64,000 nt of DNA from Phycisphaeraceae bacterium (GTDB lineage Bacteria > Planctomycetota > Phycisphaerae > Phycisphaerales > Phycisphaeraceae), in the NCBI GenBank assembly GCA_963674705.1, contig OY771506.1, positions 4,704,001 through 4,768,000 of the forward strand, given 5' to 3'. Below, in pieces: positions 49,087 through 60,746 of the stretch. The translations under genes and the position numbers were made by a program. The notes below the pieces were generated by a model. It searched no databases and was not told the origin of the DNA. It saw only the letters and a list, made by a program, of their open reading frames with translations. Within the stretch, counting starts at the first letter, position 1. Each line of letters starts with the position of its first letter.

Positions 49087-49393
49087 AGTGCATAACCCCT
49101 CATTGGCATTGTATGCATCCGTTTCAACCGTGCAGGTCCGTCCCAGTATTGCTACAGGCAAACGGGCGATATTGTCTATACGCCCCCCACGTGATCCGGG
49201 TTCCCATTATAAAGATAAGCCTTCTCAGCTAAGTCATTGCCCTTGAATATCTGCACCATTCTGCCACACCTGGTCAAATTGCCCCACTCATCTATTGCGG
49301 GTGCCGAATCCCCTATGCTTATAAAGGCCTTCGATAAGTGGGTAAACACACCACGCAGGCTACAAACGACCTCAAATCCGCTACACATGCTGC

Positions 49394-49409
49394 TGGCATG
49401 AAGATTGCA
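49394..49409 (+). promoter_or_regulatory. Sigma54 promoter
   Basis: TGGCATGAAGATTGCA (GG-N10-GC). Confidence 0.75.
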
Positions 49410-49477
49410 CAGACCTCTTTCGAGTTATCTATGACTGGTTCACGAGATTCTCGAACATAACATTATGGAGCATTGTC

Positions 49478-50050
49478 ATGCCGAATCAAAATGTGATAAG
49501 CACGGAACAAAGTGTTGTTGGCGTATTCGCTACTTTTGCTGAAGCCGAAGCAGCAATCAAGAGACTGGACAAGGCGGACTTCCCCATTGGTCACGTATCG
49601 ATCATCGGCCAGAATCTGGAGAGCGAAAAAGACATCCATGGCTATGTCACGGCGGGCGATGTCGCGAAAACCGGGGCGGCTACAGGGGCGTGGGTGGGCG
49701 GCTTATTCGGCCTGCTGATCGGGGCCGCGTTTGTCTGGGTGCCGGGTTTCGGCCCGCTGATCGTGGCCGGACCTTTCGCCGCCGCGATGCTCGGTGGCGT
49801 TGAAGGTGCAGCCACAGGCGCCGCCGGCGCAGGTTTACTGGGCGCGCTCATTGGTTGGGGCGTGTCTCATAAACACATTCTCAAATACGAAGATCATCTA
49901 CGTGGCGGCCGATACCTTGTCGTCGTTCATGGCGACCATGAAGAAGTCAAGTCTGCTCATGAAGTACTCGCGGATTCCGCCCCGGAGTCACTGGACATGC
50001 ACACGGATGAGACAAATCAACAAGCCGAAGCGATCCAAGAATCTTCGTAG
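49478..50050 (+). CDS. General stress protein (YflT/17M-like, glycine-zipper membrane segment)
   Basis: VVGVF...AEAAIKRL...SIIG; GAWVGGLFG; PGFGPLIVAGP; KYEDHLRGGRYLVVVHG. Confidence 0.8.
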   Translation: MPNQNVISTEQSVVGVFATFAEAEAAIKRLDKADFPIGHVSIIGQNLESEKDIHGYVTAGDVAKTGAATGAWVGGLFGLLIGAAFVWVPGFGPLIVAGPFAAAMLGGVEGAATGAAGAGLLGALIGWGVSHKHILKYEDHLRGGRYLVVVHGDHEEVKSAHEVLADSAPESLDMHTDETNQQAEAIQESS

Positions 50051-50202
50051 CTACGATGTGTAAAGGACGATTCGATTCGGTGAGTCTGCCGGCCGTGGAA
50101 TCTGAGATGGCATGGTGAATCGTTTACAGATCGTCGCATGAGAGCAAGACACCACAATGCCTGCACGATCTTGATGGCGATGGCTTCGACGGACATGATA
50201 AC

Positions 50203-51716
50203 TTAGCGTCGCTTGACGCCTTGCGTTATACAAACCCTGCTATCGGTTCGAAAAGGTGAAGCAAACAAGCCGTCGGAATTCATCAGTGTGGCTTCCGGAT
50301 TATTAGTTCAGGCATTCCTTACGGTCACTGGTTTTAAGACATCGTCGGATCACACCACAACCGTTTCGCCTTCGATGCGTGCGTTTGCCCAGACATAGGG
50401 TCCATCGCTAGATGCGATAGCAATTCCTATCGGTGGCTCACCATCCGTGGTGGTTAAACCATTACCGACATGCCTCATTTTATGCGGATGTTTGAACCAT
50501 CGATCTGAATACGCTCAGGTGTAGGCCCGGAATACTCAATAGCCCGACCATACACTTGAGCGAGTGCAGCCAGCACCAGACGATACCCGACATCAAGCTT
50601 GTTCCTCGGTTGTATATCATCTGCATCACCAATGTCTATCGTCACCACCATGGCGGCATGTGGTACTGAAAGTGCTTTCAGTTGTGCTTCGCGCAGCTCC
50701 GCCCAATCACTATCGTTCGGTTGCTCAGCACGCTTGCGGAAGTTTGCCAGTTGTACATAGAGAAACAGCAACTCTGGATCATTCCACAACGAACGCCAAT
50801 GATTGATCATTGCGGAGAAATGCCTGCGATACTGCTCAACCCGGGGAGCGTTCTCTTCTCCCTGATACCAGACCACTCCGCGTGTGGTATAAGGCACCAA
50901 CGGCATCAACATTCGGTCGTGCAGCATCGTGGCCCACTTGTATTGCCTGACTTCCCGCGGCCAGAGCGGCTTGGGATCTGCCATGCCCGCCTTTTCCCAG
51001 TCAGTAACCGCCTGGTTGTATTGCTTAAGTGCCTCACGTCGCTCCGGTAAGCACTCAACCATGTAAGCAAATTCAGGATACGGCAGCAGACACACCCGAC
51101 TCATCCACGCCTCGGTGGAAGACCCACCCCATGCATTGGCGATCAGACCGATCGGGCTATCCAGTTAATTTCGTAACTCACGCCCAAAGTAATAGCCTAC
51201 CGCAGAAATGGCTGCCGCTGTCGATGCATCACTGATTACCCAACGCCCTTTCACATCCTGTGGCCCAGCGTCAAGGTCCGCTTTCTCCACCAGGAATAAG
51301 CGCAACTTCGTGTCGTATGCTTCGTCAAGGCTTGTTGAGTCGTGCATGGACTTATCTAGCGGCCATTCCATATTGGATTGACCAGAACAGGGCCAAACCT
51401 CACCTATGAGAATGTCACGCAAAGTGATGCCTTGCCCGTCACAAACAACATCCATTGTCTGGGGGCCGCCGGCAGACATCGGCGGCAGCACCGCCTGCCA
51501 CTTGCCTTGAGCAGCCACTTTTCAACGAACCGTTTGATTGTTGAACGAAACCGCAAGGTCCGGACCCGGGCTTCCCGTCCCCCAGACTTTGACGGGTTTA
51601 TCCGCCTGAAACACCATGTGGTCGCCGAAGATGGCAGCAAGTTCAACGCCGAAAGTGACGTTCGAAAGACAGAGAATGACAAACGTGAATACGTTAACTT
51701 CTCGCATCTTAATCAT
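50203..51716 (-). pseudogene. Sialate O-acetylesterase, fragmented
   Basis: IFGDHMVFQ, GEVWPCSGQSNMEW, SAVGYYFG, GVVWYQGE, VQLANF, LREAQ spread over several ORFs; catalytic IHP reads IQP. Confidence 0.88.
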
Positions 51717-53084
51717 GTATAATAGGCTGCTGTTCGTACTCACGGATCCGATCTGCTTCGACCGATTCACACCACGCGTTAAGCAAGGCATTCATCAGAG
51801 CGACTCGTTCAGCATGATCTTTCGCACAATCGTTTGCTTCAGTTGGATCGGCCGCCAGATCAAACAAGACAGGCAGTTTATCCGAATCCTCAGGGTTGAT
51901 GCTACGGGTTACAAACGGGCGGACAAGCTTCCAATTGCCCTCGCGGATTGCGGCATGGTGGGTGTAATTCGGAACCCCGCGGTTCCATTGCCAATAACGC
52001 CTGACGGATTCTTGTTGTGTTTGTTTGTCTCCGACGAGTAAAGGGAAGAAACTATCTCCATCCAGCGGCGTCGATGCCTGATCGTCGATGCCGCAGAGCG
52101 CAAGGATCGTGGGAAACACATCCACAAAGTGGACCACTTCCTCGATATGAGTGGCCTTGAAAGGCCCGGGGCAATAAACCAGAAACGGGACCTGTATCCC
52201 TCCCTCATAGATTTGATACTTTGTTCCTCGAAGGTTTTGATTAAACCGTGTTCCGGTGATGGGGTCGGGGCCATTGTCGCTGGCGAATATCACGAGAGTC
52301 TTCTCTGACAGTTCGAGTTTATCAAGTTCTAAGATCAATTCTCGAATACCCCGATCTATGACTTCGATCATCGCGTAGATCGTCGCGGTGGATTCATCAA
52401 ATCCCATCTGGCGTTTGTGCGCCACGCGTTCTCCAGGTGCTTCCAAGGGGCGGTGCGGCACATAGTGGGCCAGATGTAGAAAGAACGGCTCTTCACGATG
52501 ACGTCGTACAAACACAAACGCCCTTTTCGATAAATCCTCGGTGAGGTACTGATCGGTTACTTCGAGAATGTCTTTGTCTACCGTAAATACATACTTGAAG
52601 TATGAGAGGACCTGCGACCTACCGAATCCCTCATATTCATCAAAGCCGTGTTCGAGTGGGTTTGGCTGGTGGTCTTCACCGAGACCGCAATACCATTAGC
52701 CTATCAGTCCGGTTATGTATCCATGAGACCTCAAAACCTCGGCGATGGTTGTTTCTTCGTGTTTGAGCCGGGTGAGTTCGGGATACTTGTTCATGTTGAG
52801 GGTGACCACACCCGTGCGATGCGGGTAACGCCCCGTCAACAACGCGGCACAGGCCGGGGCACAGACACATGAAGCGCCGTAAGCCTGATCAAACCACACG
52901 CCTTGTTTTGCCAATACGTTAATATTGGGGTATTACTCCGGCCGTCATTCTGGAAGGACAAATCTCCGATCACCATGTCATCCGCGAGAATCAGGATGAT
53001 GTTCGGATGCTCGACCTCAGCAGCGCAGATCGAGTTGACCAATACCAAGACCAACAAGCAGACGGTGGCTAATGTAAGATTCAT
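51709..53084 (-). pseudogene. Sulfatase (S1), fragmented
   Basis: PNIILILADD, VCAPACAALLTGRY (CxPxR lost), PFFLHLAHYVPH, SDNG, YEGGI split over several ORFs. Confidence 0.88.
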
Positions 53085-53208
53085 CCGATATCTCTCAAGC
53101 GTTGTTAACGCTGCCAAGCTTTCGCGTCTTGACCTTTTGTATTAAGCTCAGATTAATAAAACCAAGGATATAGCGATCAATTCTAGTGATGGCTGGTATC
53201 GGGCCAAG

Positions 53209-54243
53209 TCAATTGCTCGCGTGGGTAATACAGCCCCCCCGCTCCATACCGACCAACAGATCGAGTTGCCCCCAGCCAAGATCAACCGCTAATGGCGAAC
53301 AGGAGTGTGCCCCGAGTGCGATCTTCTTGCCATCGAAGTGAACAACCTTTGGATATTCAAAAACAGGCTGTTCATTCGTGCCTGCGTTAGGCAGCAGTAA
53401 TACCGAGGATTGCCGTTCATCACTCGTGTTCGTGTCATCGGGGATGCCGCCCTTGCCGGGAATGGAAGCCGAACGACCCGTGCCAGTCAGCAGGTCTATC
53501 TTGCCATCACCGTCCCAATCTATCGCCGGGATTTTCGTTCGGCCCAATTGTCCCGCAAAATGTCGGCTGTGTGTCTGGATCGGCTCGCCTGTAGTAAGTC
53601 GCAGCACTTCGCCGCGCTTGACGTTATAGTCATCGATCCGCCAAATACGCCGCAGAACGTTTTGCTCGTCATTGAAAACAGGATACTTGATCAGATATTT
53701 TCCCAATTCGGTCCCGTCTTGGAACATCACTGAGCCCAATGAAGAAACCGGCAGCCCGCCACGCCATATCCCCGCGCCATCGAATGGCCGAAACTCGTCA
53801 GCATGGTGATGTGTGTTCGCGGGATTGTATGCCTGGCCGTCCGATACGCTGAAGTAAACCAGCAACCTACCGCGCGGGCTCAATGTGGCCGCTAACGAGC
53901 CCGCATTCTTCGGCAAGTTAATGTCAGACTTCGCACCCGTTTCGAACTTTTGACTCGTGGAGACATAGCGTGTTAATCGCAGCCCGGGGCCAGACCGGAA
54001 TAGTCCCCAAAGCGACGACGATTGATCTTGAAGCAGTGTGATGGACCGACTCGGGAGATCGAAGTCTTCAGCAAGACCGTAGACCGACGTTCCGTCAGGC
54101 AAGAATTGCTTGAACGGAAGCACTTTTTCATCAGTCAGAATCAGGTCATAAGGTCCATTGCCGAAGATGTCTGCGGTACCCGCCGGCGTGGCTTGGTATT
54201 CAAGCGTATCCCCCAACGGCCCCAATTCCATGCCCAGCGGCAC
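53209..54243 (-). pseudogene. FG-GAP/VCBS-repeat protein, probably degraded
   Basis: DWDGDGKIDLLTG, NAGTNEQPVF, DLGWGQLDLLVG; no intact N-terminus. Confidence 0.55.
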
Positions 54244-54477
54244 AGCTTATCCCGCCATCCAGCCTTCATACGCACTGGCAACGGGACCGGGAGCCATACA
54301 GACGGCTGTAGTAAGGATGCACGCTGCCAGACATGGCTTACACATTTGTTGGCAAATCACTTGTATAAACCACCTCATCCAGAACCTATCTGCGCACCGA
54401 ACAACTCAAGAAAATAGACATCTACAAGCCACAAGAATCATCCACAACAACAACTCAGACCATCCTTATTGTGAATA

Positions 54478-55326
54478 TCACTTATTGACCGGCATCATAT
54501 AAGTAGAGTTGATGTTGCGAGAGCGGATCGGTTTCATGGTCTCATCAGCCCCACTCAATGTGCTCGCCGACTCGTCTTTCATCAAATAGTTGGCAAACAG
54601 GTTTGTACAGACTTCGTCGCTGAAGTTACCGTAGTAGTAGTAGTAGTAGTAGTAGGCATCCGTATAGTCATTCCCGGCAGAGCCCTCGTGCTGCCTTGCC
54701 TCGAAGTATACACCGCTGGGATGATTGACACGGGTTCCGTCGCCGCTGCCTCGATAAAAGAAGTCGCTTGCGAGAACTTCGAGTTCCCACGCCTTATCTT
54801 CACCGATCTGCTTGTAGCGCCACTTCACTTCTGATTGGACATACGGCTTCTTGGAATTAAACAGCGTGGTTTCGATACGGAACTCAGCCATATAACCCGC
54901 AAAGAGAGAATAGTCGATGTACACACGTTGGGATGCAAGCGGGATCGCTGCAATACCACGCTCAACTTCAGACACCAACGGGCAGGTCAGGAAGTTCGCA
55001 TCACCACAGTAATCCTGATAGATCGGCCACACATCAGGCAAGGGATTTGCCGAAGGCTGATTATGCGCCACCAGCGTGTTGTACGTAGAGCTGACGCCCG
55101 CATACTACGAAACGTGTATCGGCAAGCGACCATTGTCAACCTCGTACGCAATGGAGCCGATACCAATTTACCTCAGGTTAGACAGGCACACCGATTTACG
55201 CGCCGTCTCACGAACCGCCCCCAAAGCAGGCAGGAGGATACCGACCAGCAACGCAATGATTGAAATGACCACCAATAATTCGGTCAGGATGAACGCACGG
55301 CGGGAGAATTGGGGTGTACGGTTCAA
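54478..55326 (-). pseudogene. Prepilin-type DUF1559-like gene with two nonsense codons
   Basis: [25 protein letters not shown]...CLSNLR* (TAA 55168-55170), then a second in-frame TAG. Confidence 0.85.
54631..54654. repeat. (GTA)8 microsatellite (poly-Tyr)
   Basis: Eight perfect triplets. Confidence 0.95.
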
Positions 55327-55407
55327 CGTTATGTCCTCCAAGACAGCATTGGTAGATTGTATGTATCTTAATCGGGAACGAGCCGTTAGACCCGACCCCG
55401 GGGCTTG

Positions 55408-55992
55408 TTATTGCCGATGCCGAAGCATCGGGATGATCCCACATGTCAACAGCAGCGCCAGCGAAGCGGGCTCCGGTATGACGTAAGCTTGCCTCAGGGC
55501 TTCCGTTACATCTGCCAGTTCCGAACCGCTAAGCGTACGGTTATAAACAATAAACGCCGCAATATCACCCGACCAGCCACCACTGTCAATGATCAGATCG
55601 TCACAGGTCTGCGCACCGATCAAGGTTTGAAGGTCCCCGACAAGCTGTAGCGTCGCATCGGTGTTCGAGTCTGAGAATTGTGTCCCATCAGCCAATGTGA
55701 GCATGACAAAGACTTCATCCGTCGTGGTGTCCAGGTAACTTGTCCCGAATACAAACTCGCCGGCTCCAAAAGCTCTGGGCGTTCCCCCACCCGCACTTGC
55801 CGCTTTGAAACCTTCGCTGCTAGTCCGCGCCATCGAACGGTAACCAAGTGCCGAATTGTCGATCGCTGTGGATACATCCGTAATCGAACCCCAGGCTTGG
55901 CTCTCATCTGCCTCGGTGACACCCGGATCGATATCACTATAAGCGGATGAGGTCAGACGACGGTTGTTTGTATCGAGGCTGGCACTGTAAAC
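55408..55992 (-). pseudogene. PEP-CTERM gene 3' part, truncated by IS3
   Basis: IPEPASLALLLTCGIIPMLRHRQ; LamG-like GDIAAFIVYNRTLS; abuts the IS end. Confidence 0.75.
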
Positions 55993-57219
55993 TGACCCCC
56001 TCGGGTTCTTTGGTCCAGTTGCTATGAGAGAATCGGTGAGTGTGTTGTTGCTTGCTGAGCCGCAGGGCGGGGCGCAGCCCCGACCGGAGAGTCAGCAAGC
56101 GGTGCGGCCGGGAACGCCCCGGCTGCGGGTTCGTTTAATCTCGCGGCATACGCCGCAGGGGGCTCCCAGTTCAACGACGTGTGCGGTCGGCGGTGGTTGT
56201 AATCCAGACGCCACTCGTCCAATACGTACCTCACCTCGGTAAGGCTCAGGAACAGTTCGCCGTTAAGCAACTCGTCACGCAGCTTGCCGTTGAACGATTC
56301 CACGTAGCTGTTCTCCCAGGGGCTGGCCTTCTGGATATACAGGGTACGTACTGACGCCTTACCCAGCCACTTCTGGACCTCCTTGGCCACGAACTCAGGA
56401 CCGTCATCCGAGCGGATGTGCTCGGACCGCAAACAGGTACTGCAGCGTCAGGATTACATCTCGGGAGGTGAATGAACGTCCCGGTTCGGTTGCCAGGCAA
56501 CTCATCGATCACCACCAACAGCTTCAGCTGTTGCCCGGCAAACGCCTTCGTTTACGCTGCTTCTTAGACACTTGCATGCCCTCCTTCTTCCACAGCCGAT
56601 GCACTTGACCAAAGCCTACTGACCAGCCCACTTTTGCCAGTTCTGGATGCACCCGTTCGCAGCCGAACCGTGGACGGACGTCGATGACCTCACGCATCGC
56701 CTCGATCAAGGCCTGGTCTTTCTCCGGCAGCTTGAGCCGGTAACGCTGCGTACTCCGTGGCTGGTCCAACGCCTTGCAAGCCCGACGCTCACTGACCTTG
56801 CCATGCCCCAAACGACTACGTACCTTTTGAACCGTACGACGCCGCCGTTCGGGGTCGATCAGTTTGGGCGGGCCGCCTCCTTCAGGATCAGCATGTCCAA
56901 CGCTTGGTCCGCCACCAACTTCTTCAGCCGCGCGTTCTCACGCTCCAGTTCCTTCATCTGCTTGGCCATCAGCGGAGCGTCCAGTGGGGCGCCATCTCGC
57001 CGTACTTGGTTTGCCAGCGGTAGTACGTCTGTTCGCTGATGCCCAGCTGTCGGCAAACCTCCGGCACCTTCAGCCCCTTGCCCAACTCAATATCCGCCTA
57101 GCGGAGCTTGGCCACGATCTGCTCGGTACTGTGTCGCGTCTTCATCGAGGAATCCTTTCCGGATCGAGGCCGGATGGATTCTCTCATATTCACTGGATCA
57201 GGTTCTCAGGAGGGGGTCA
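55993..57219 (-). mobile_element. IS3-family element, degenerate
   Basis: Imperfect TIRs TGACCCCCTC...TCCAGT...TATGAGAGAATC; orfA from 57145 with TAG at 57098-57100; broken orfB (SDDGPEF, SPWENSYVESFNGKLRDE). Confidence 0.92.
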
Positions 57220-57430
57220 TGGAACTGTGTCCCCTGATAATCCGCCCAAGCGTTATGGGTGAACAGGTCTTGATTGACCATGACCGGGCAACCAACCCAC
57301 ATCAAAACTGCTTTGGGGATGATCTGCCAGTGAATACAACTTTGGTTTTATTGACTTAATCCTCACATGAAGTGGGATCGCAAGATCGCGGTTGTTAAGA
57401 TTTTATTGGGTAGTGATCGTAATTGAAAAA

Positions 57431-57506
57431 TGGACCCGGTGAGGCTTGAACCTGCGTCCTCATCTATACGAGTCAAGAGCGCAGAACTGTTAAGCCATTT
57501 GCGTCC
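57431..57506 (-). other. Degenerate tRNA-like / tmRNA-3'-end-like sequence
   Basis: Minus strand ends GGACGCAGGTTCAAGCCTCACCGGGTCCA; 76 nt; stems contain mismatches. Confidence 0.35.
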
Positions 57507-57542
57507 TGCATTGCCATATGTATATTTTTACCACTTGTGGCA

Positions 57543-57884
57543 TCAATCGTCTTTTGTTTTTCGTGTCAATCCACCTAACTCGTCCATAGTGAATCGGACT
57601 GACACCACCGAGTTTTTCTCAGAGCCGGGCCGATACTTGACATAGGTCGTGGCGATCAGCGTGCTATCCGGCAGTTGCTCGATAGATCCGTAACCGCAGT
57701 CATGAGAAGACCAGCCTTTACCCGGTGTCGGGTATTGATGCAGGAGTTTGAGTCTGTATTGACCTGTCGTTCGATCAACAAGGTTCTGATACTTGCCTAT
57801 CCATGCAACGAAACTACCCTTGCTGGTACTTGCCTTGGCCATATCGCGGAAGACGATGACCAGGTGGTTATCATGTGTGAGAGC
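57543..57884 (-). pseudogene. Sialidase/BNR-family C-terminal fragment truncated by IS
   Basis: LVIVFRD, FVAWIG, GQYRLKLL, DCGYGSIEQLPDSTLIATTY. Confidence 0.7.
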
Positions 57885-59144
57885 TGGTCCCCAAATCTTG
57901 GACAGCCGGTTGGCCTGAATAAGGTGGGCCAACGGGTTTATGCCGCGGCCAGCGGCGGTCCGGTTATAGGTTTTCCATCATACGCTTCGTCCGGCGTCCG
58001 TCCAGCGAGTGTCGAGTGCGGACGCTCGGTGTTGTAGAACCGCAGCCATTCATTGATCCCGGCGCGAGCTTCGCTGCCTCTGTCCCACGCGTGCAGGTAC
58101 ACGCATTCGTACTTCAGGCTCCGCCACAGACGTTCGATGAACACGTTGTCCATCCATCGGCCTTTGCCGTCCATCGATACCTTCGCGCCCGCGTTCTTCA
58201 CCGCTTCGGTCCATTCCAGGCCGGTGAACTGGCTGCCCTGATCGGTGTTGATGATCTGCGGCGGGCCGTGCTTGCTCAGCGCTTCTTCCAACGCCTCGAC
58301 GCAGAATGACGCTTCCATCGTGTTGCTCAATCGCCAGGCCAGCACCTTCCTGCTGTGCCAGTCCATGACCGCAACGAGGTACAAAAAGCCGCGTCGCATC
58401 GGGATGTATGTGATGTCGGCGCACCACACATGACCCGGCTGATCAATCTTCAGATTCCGCAGCAGGTACGGATACACCTTGTTTTCAAGGCATTTGACGC
58501 TGGTCTTCGGGGCCTGGTAGATCGGCGTCAAACCCATCTGGCGCATCAATCGACGCACACGCTTGCGGCCGACGTTGTAGCCAAGCCGACGCAACCAACG
58601 CATCATCTGCCGGCTGCCGTAGAACGGCGTGCACAGGAACTGTCGGTCGATCAGACGCATCAGCTTCAGGTTCAACGGGCTCTCGCCTTTGCCTGAAAAG
58701 TAAAACGACGATCGGCTGATCGACACCAGCCCACACTGACGCACGATGCTCAGCTCGGGGTGCTTGGGTTCGACCATGTCGCAGCGGCGGCCGTGGCTCA
58801 AAGCCCCAACCCTTTTTTTAAAAAGTCCTTCTCGATGGTCAGCTCGCCGATCTTCGCGTGCAGCTCTTTGATCTGCTCGTCGGATGCCTGCGGGTCCTTG
58901 CCGCCGCCACGGGCAAAAAGCTGGGCCGCCTCCTGTGCCAGCAGCTTCTTCCACCCGCCGATCATGTTCGGATGCACGTCGTACTTCTTGGCGATCTCCG
59001 CCACCGTCAACTCGCCACGCAGCGCCTCCAGCGCCACCTTCGCCTTGAATTCAGCCGTAAATCGTCGTCGCTTGCTCATCAAGTAAGTCCTTTCAAATCT
59101 GCAGACCAGCCCACTTTAACCGGCTGTCCAAGATTTGGGGACCA
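57885..59144 (-). mobile_element. IS3-family element, apparently intact (1260 bp)
   Basis: Perfect 27-bp TIR TGGTCCCCAAATCTTGGACAGCCGGTT; orfA and orfB intact. Confidence 0.95.
57938..59082 (-). CDS. IS3 transposase OrfAB (-1 programmed frameshift near 58812-58825)
   Basis: orfA FTAEFKAKVALEA; slippery TTTTTAAAAAAAG; orfB WCADITY, TDQGSQF, DNVFIERLWRSLKYE. Confidence 0.93.
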
Positions 59145-59591
59145 GCTCTGACCGTTGCTGCCGGTATTGGATAAACCATCAGCAAAGCCAACCACGATGC
59201 CTGTGCTGCCATCCGTAAACAGGTTGGGATCGTACGACGCACCCATATCGCCGGGCGTGATCAGGAAGGACATGTAAATCGAAGCCCCGACGGCTGGTGC
59301 AGACAGTTCACGCTGCACATCGGAATCTTCATAACCATAAGCAATGGTCGGATTGATGGGTTGGACTTCAACAGCACCGGAAGCGACCTGCCACGGGGTT
59401 GAGCCGGTTGGTGGAACACTCTGAGATCCGGCGGCCCAAGGCCCCGTCCATTCTCCCACGATCCCCTGATTCTCCAGGGCTCCGTCGCTATAGGAGAATG
59501 TTTCGTTTACAGCCATCGCCGAACCGGCCAAGGATAGCCATGTAAACAACAGAACGCATAGCGATCGACAGGGGCATTTAAACTGCATCAC
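59145..59591 (-). pseudogene. Secreted protein 5' part (PEP-CTERM-like N-terminus) truncated by IS
   Basis: GGAG RBS, signal peptide, ETFSYSDGAL...GEWTGPW; the frame runs into the IS TIR. Confidence 0.7.
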
Positions 59592-59644
59592 TTCTCCACT
59601 CCTTCAAAACCGAAGTTATGAATGGCTGTCACGGTGGTTGATTG

Positions 59645-60361
59645 TTATCTGGGGTCCCAGTATTTTTTTTCGTTGATCGGATCGATCATTTCCTCGGTGG
59701 CCGCCTCCGCATGACCATCAACAAACACAGCGTTGCCTTTGCCGGCATGATTCAGGACAGGGCGTCCAAAACCAGGGAAGGTCAACGGCAAGGGATCAGC
59801 CGGCCTGAGGACATAAGCCCACAATTCGCGGACAGCTTCGGGCACTTGATCCGGGATTCCATGGTCGATGAAACTGATGACTTCTGTCGGGCGACGTACC
59901 GAAGAAGCCGGCAATCCAACCAACCCACTTGGCCCATTGGGATATTGGTGGGGATAACTGGCCGGCGGTTTCTCCGCCAATAGGTACTGCCAGTTGTAGC
60001 CGTAACTTGATGTGTCACGCTCCGGCTCGAAGTCTTCGTGGCTCGGGCAAACCCAGATCCCCTTGCCCCACTCCTGGCCTGAATACTTTTCAAGATACCC
60101 CGTGAGGTCACCGCCACCGGTTTTCGATCCGGAGTCAGGCAAATCATCGTCGTTGCTTGCAGCAAAGTTGGCAATGACAATCCCCAACTGTCGCAAGTTG
60201 CTTTTGCATTGGCTGTCTTTAGCGCTACGACGGGCGGCGCCAAGTGCAGGTAAGAGGATACCCACCAGCACCGCAATGATCGAAATCACAACCAGTAACT
60301 CGATAAGTGTAAAAGCTTTACACCGAATATCGATTGGTTCAAGATGATCTGTAAGCTTCAT
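59645..60361 (-). CDS. Prepilin-type DUF1559-like protein
   Basis: [46 protein letters not shown]. Confidence 0.9.
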   Translation of the reverse strand: MKLTDHLEPIDIRCKAFTLIELLVVISIIAVLVGILLPALGAARRSAKDSQCKSNLRQLGIVIANFAASNDDDLPDSGSKTGGGDLTGYLEKYSGQEWGKGIWVCPSHEDFEPERDTSSYGYNWQYLLAEKPPASYPHQYPNGPSGLVGLPASSVRRPTEVISFIDHGIPDQVPEAVRELWAYVLRPADPLPLTFPGFGRPVLNHAGKGNAVFVDGHAEAATEEMIDPINEKKYWDPR

Positions 60362-60746
60362 AAGGCTGTATTCCACCCTCGCTCTGACCTCAACAGGAGT
60401 TTACTACAGATACTCGCTTTCACTGCAATGAAAGATGATATTTGCCTGAGATGAAGCTAAGCGAATCCATATTACTTGTGAGATCAGCAGAATTCTATTC
60501 ACGCATACAAAAGGATTGTTAATTTAGGTAACCAACTCACAAGCCTGTAACCAGATATACCGAATAACCAGTTCATTGCACCGCAAGTTACCGCTAACCG
60601 ATATTGTAATCGATCTAAGTAAAAACCCTAGTATTGTTCTTCAATTTCTTAAATGTTTTAGTTATAATTCCTGATGTCCTAATGGGCAATAAAAAATATT
60701 AGGACATGCATGGCTTGTGTGACACGCAGGTCGATAAAAAGACCTC

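Noticed and set aside
49130..49146. Sigma54 promoter upstream of the kinase
   Set aside because: GG-GC spacing is 9 nt, not the required 10.
55408..59591. The 5' fragment at 59145-59591 and the PEP-CTERM 3' fragment at 55408-55992 as one gene split by a composite transposon
   Set aside because: The two IS elements are different, there is no shared outer target duplication, and nothing links the two fragments.
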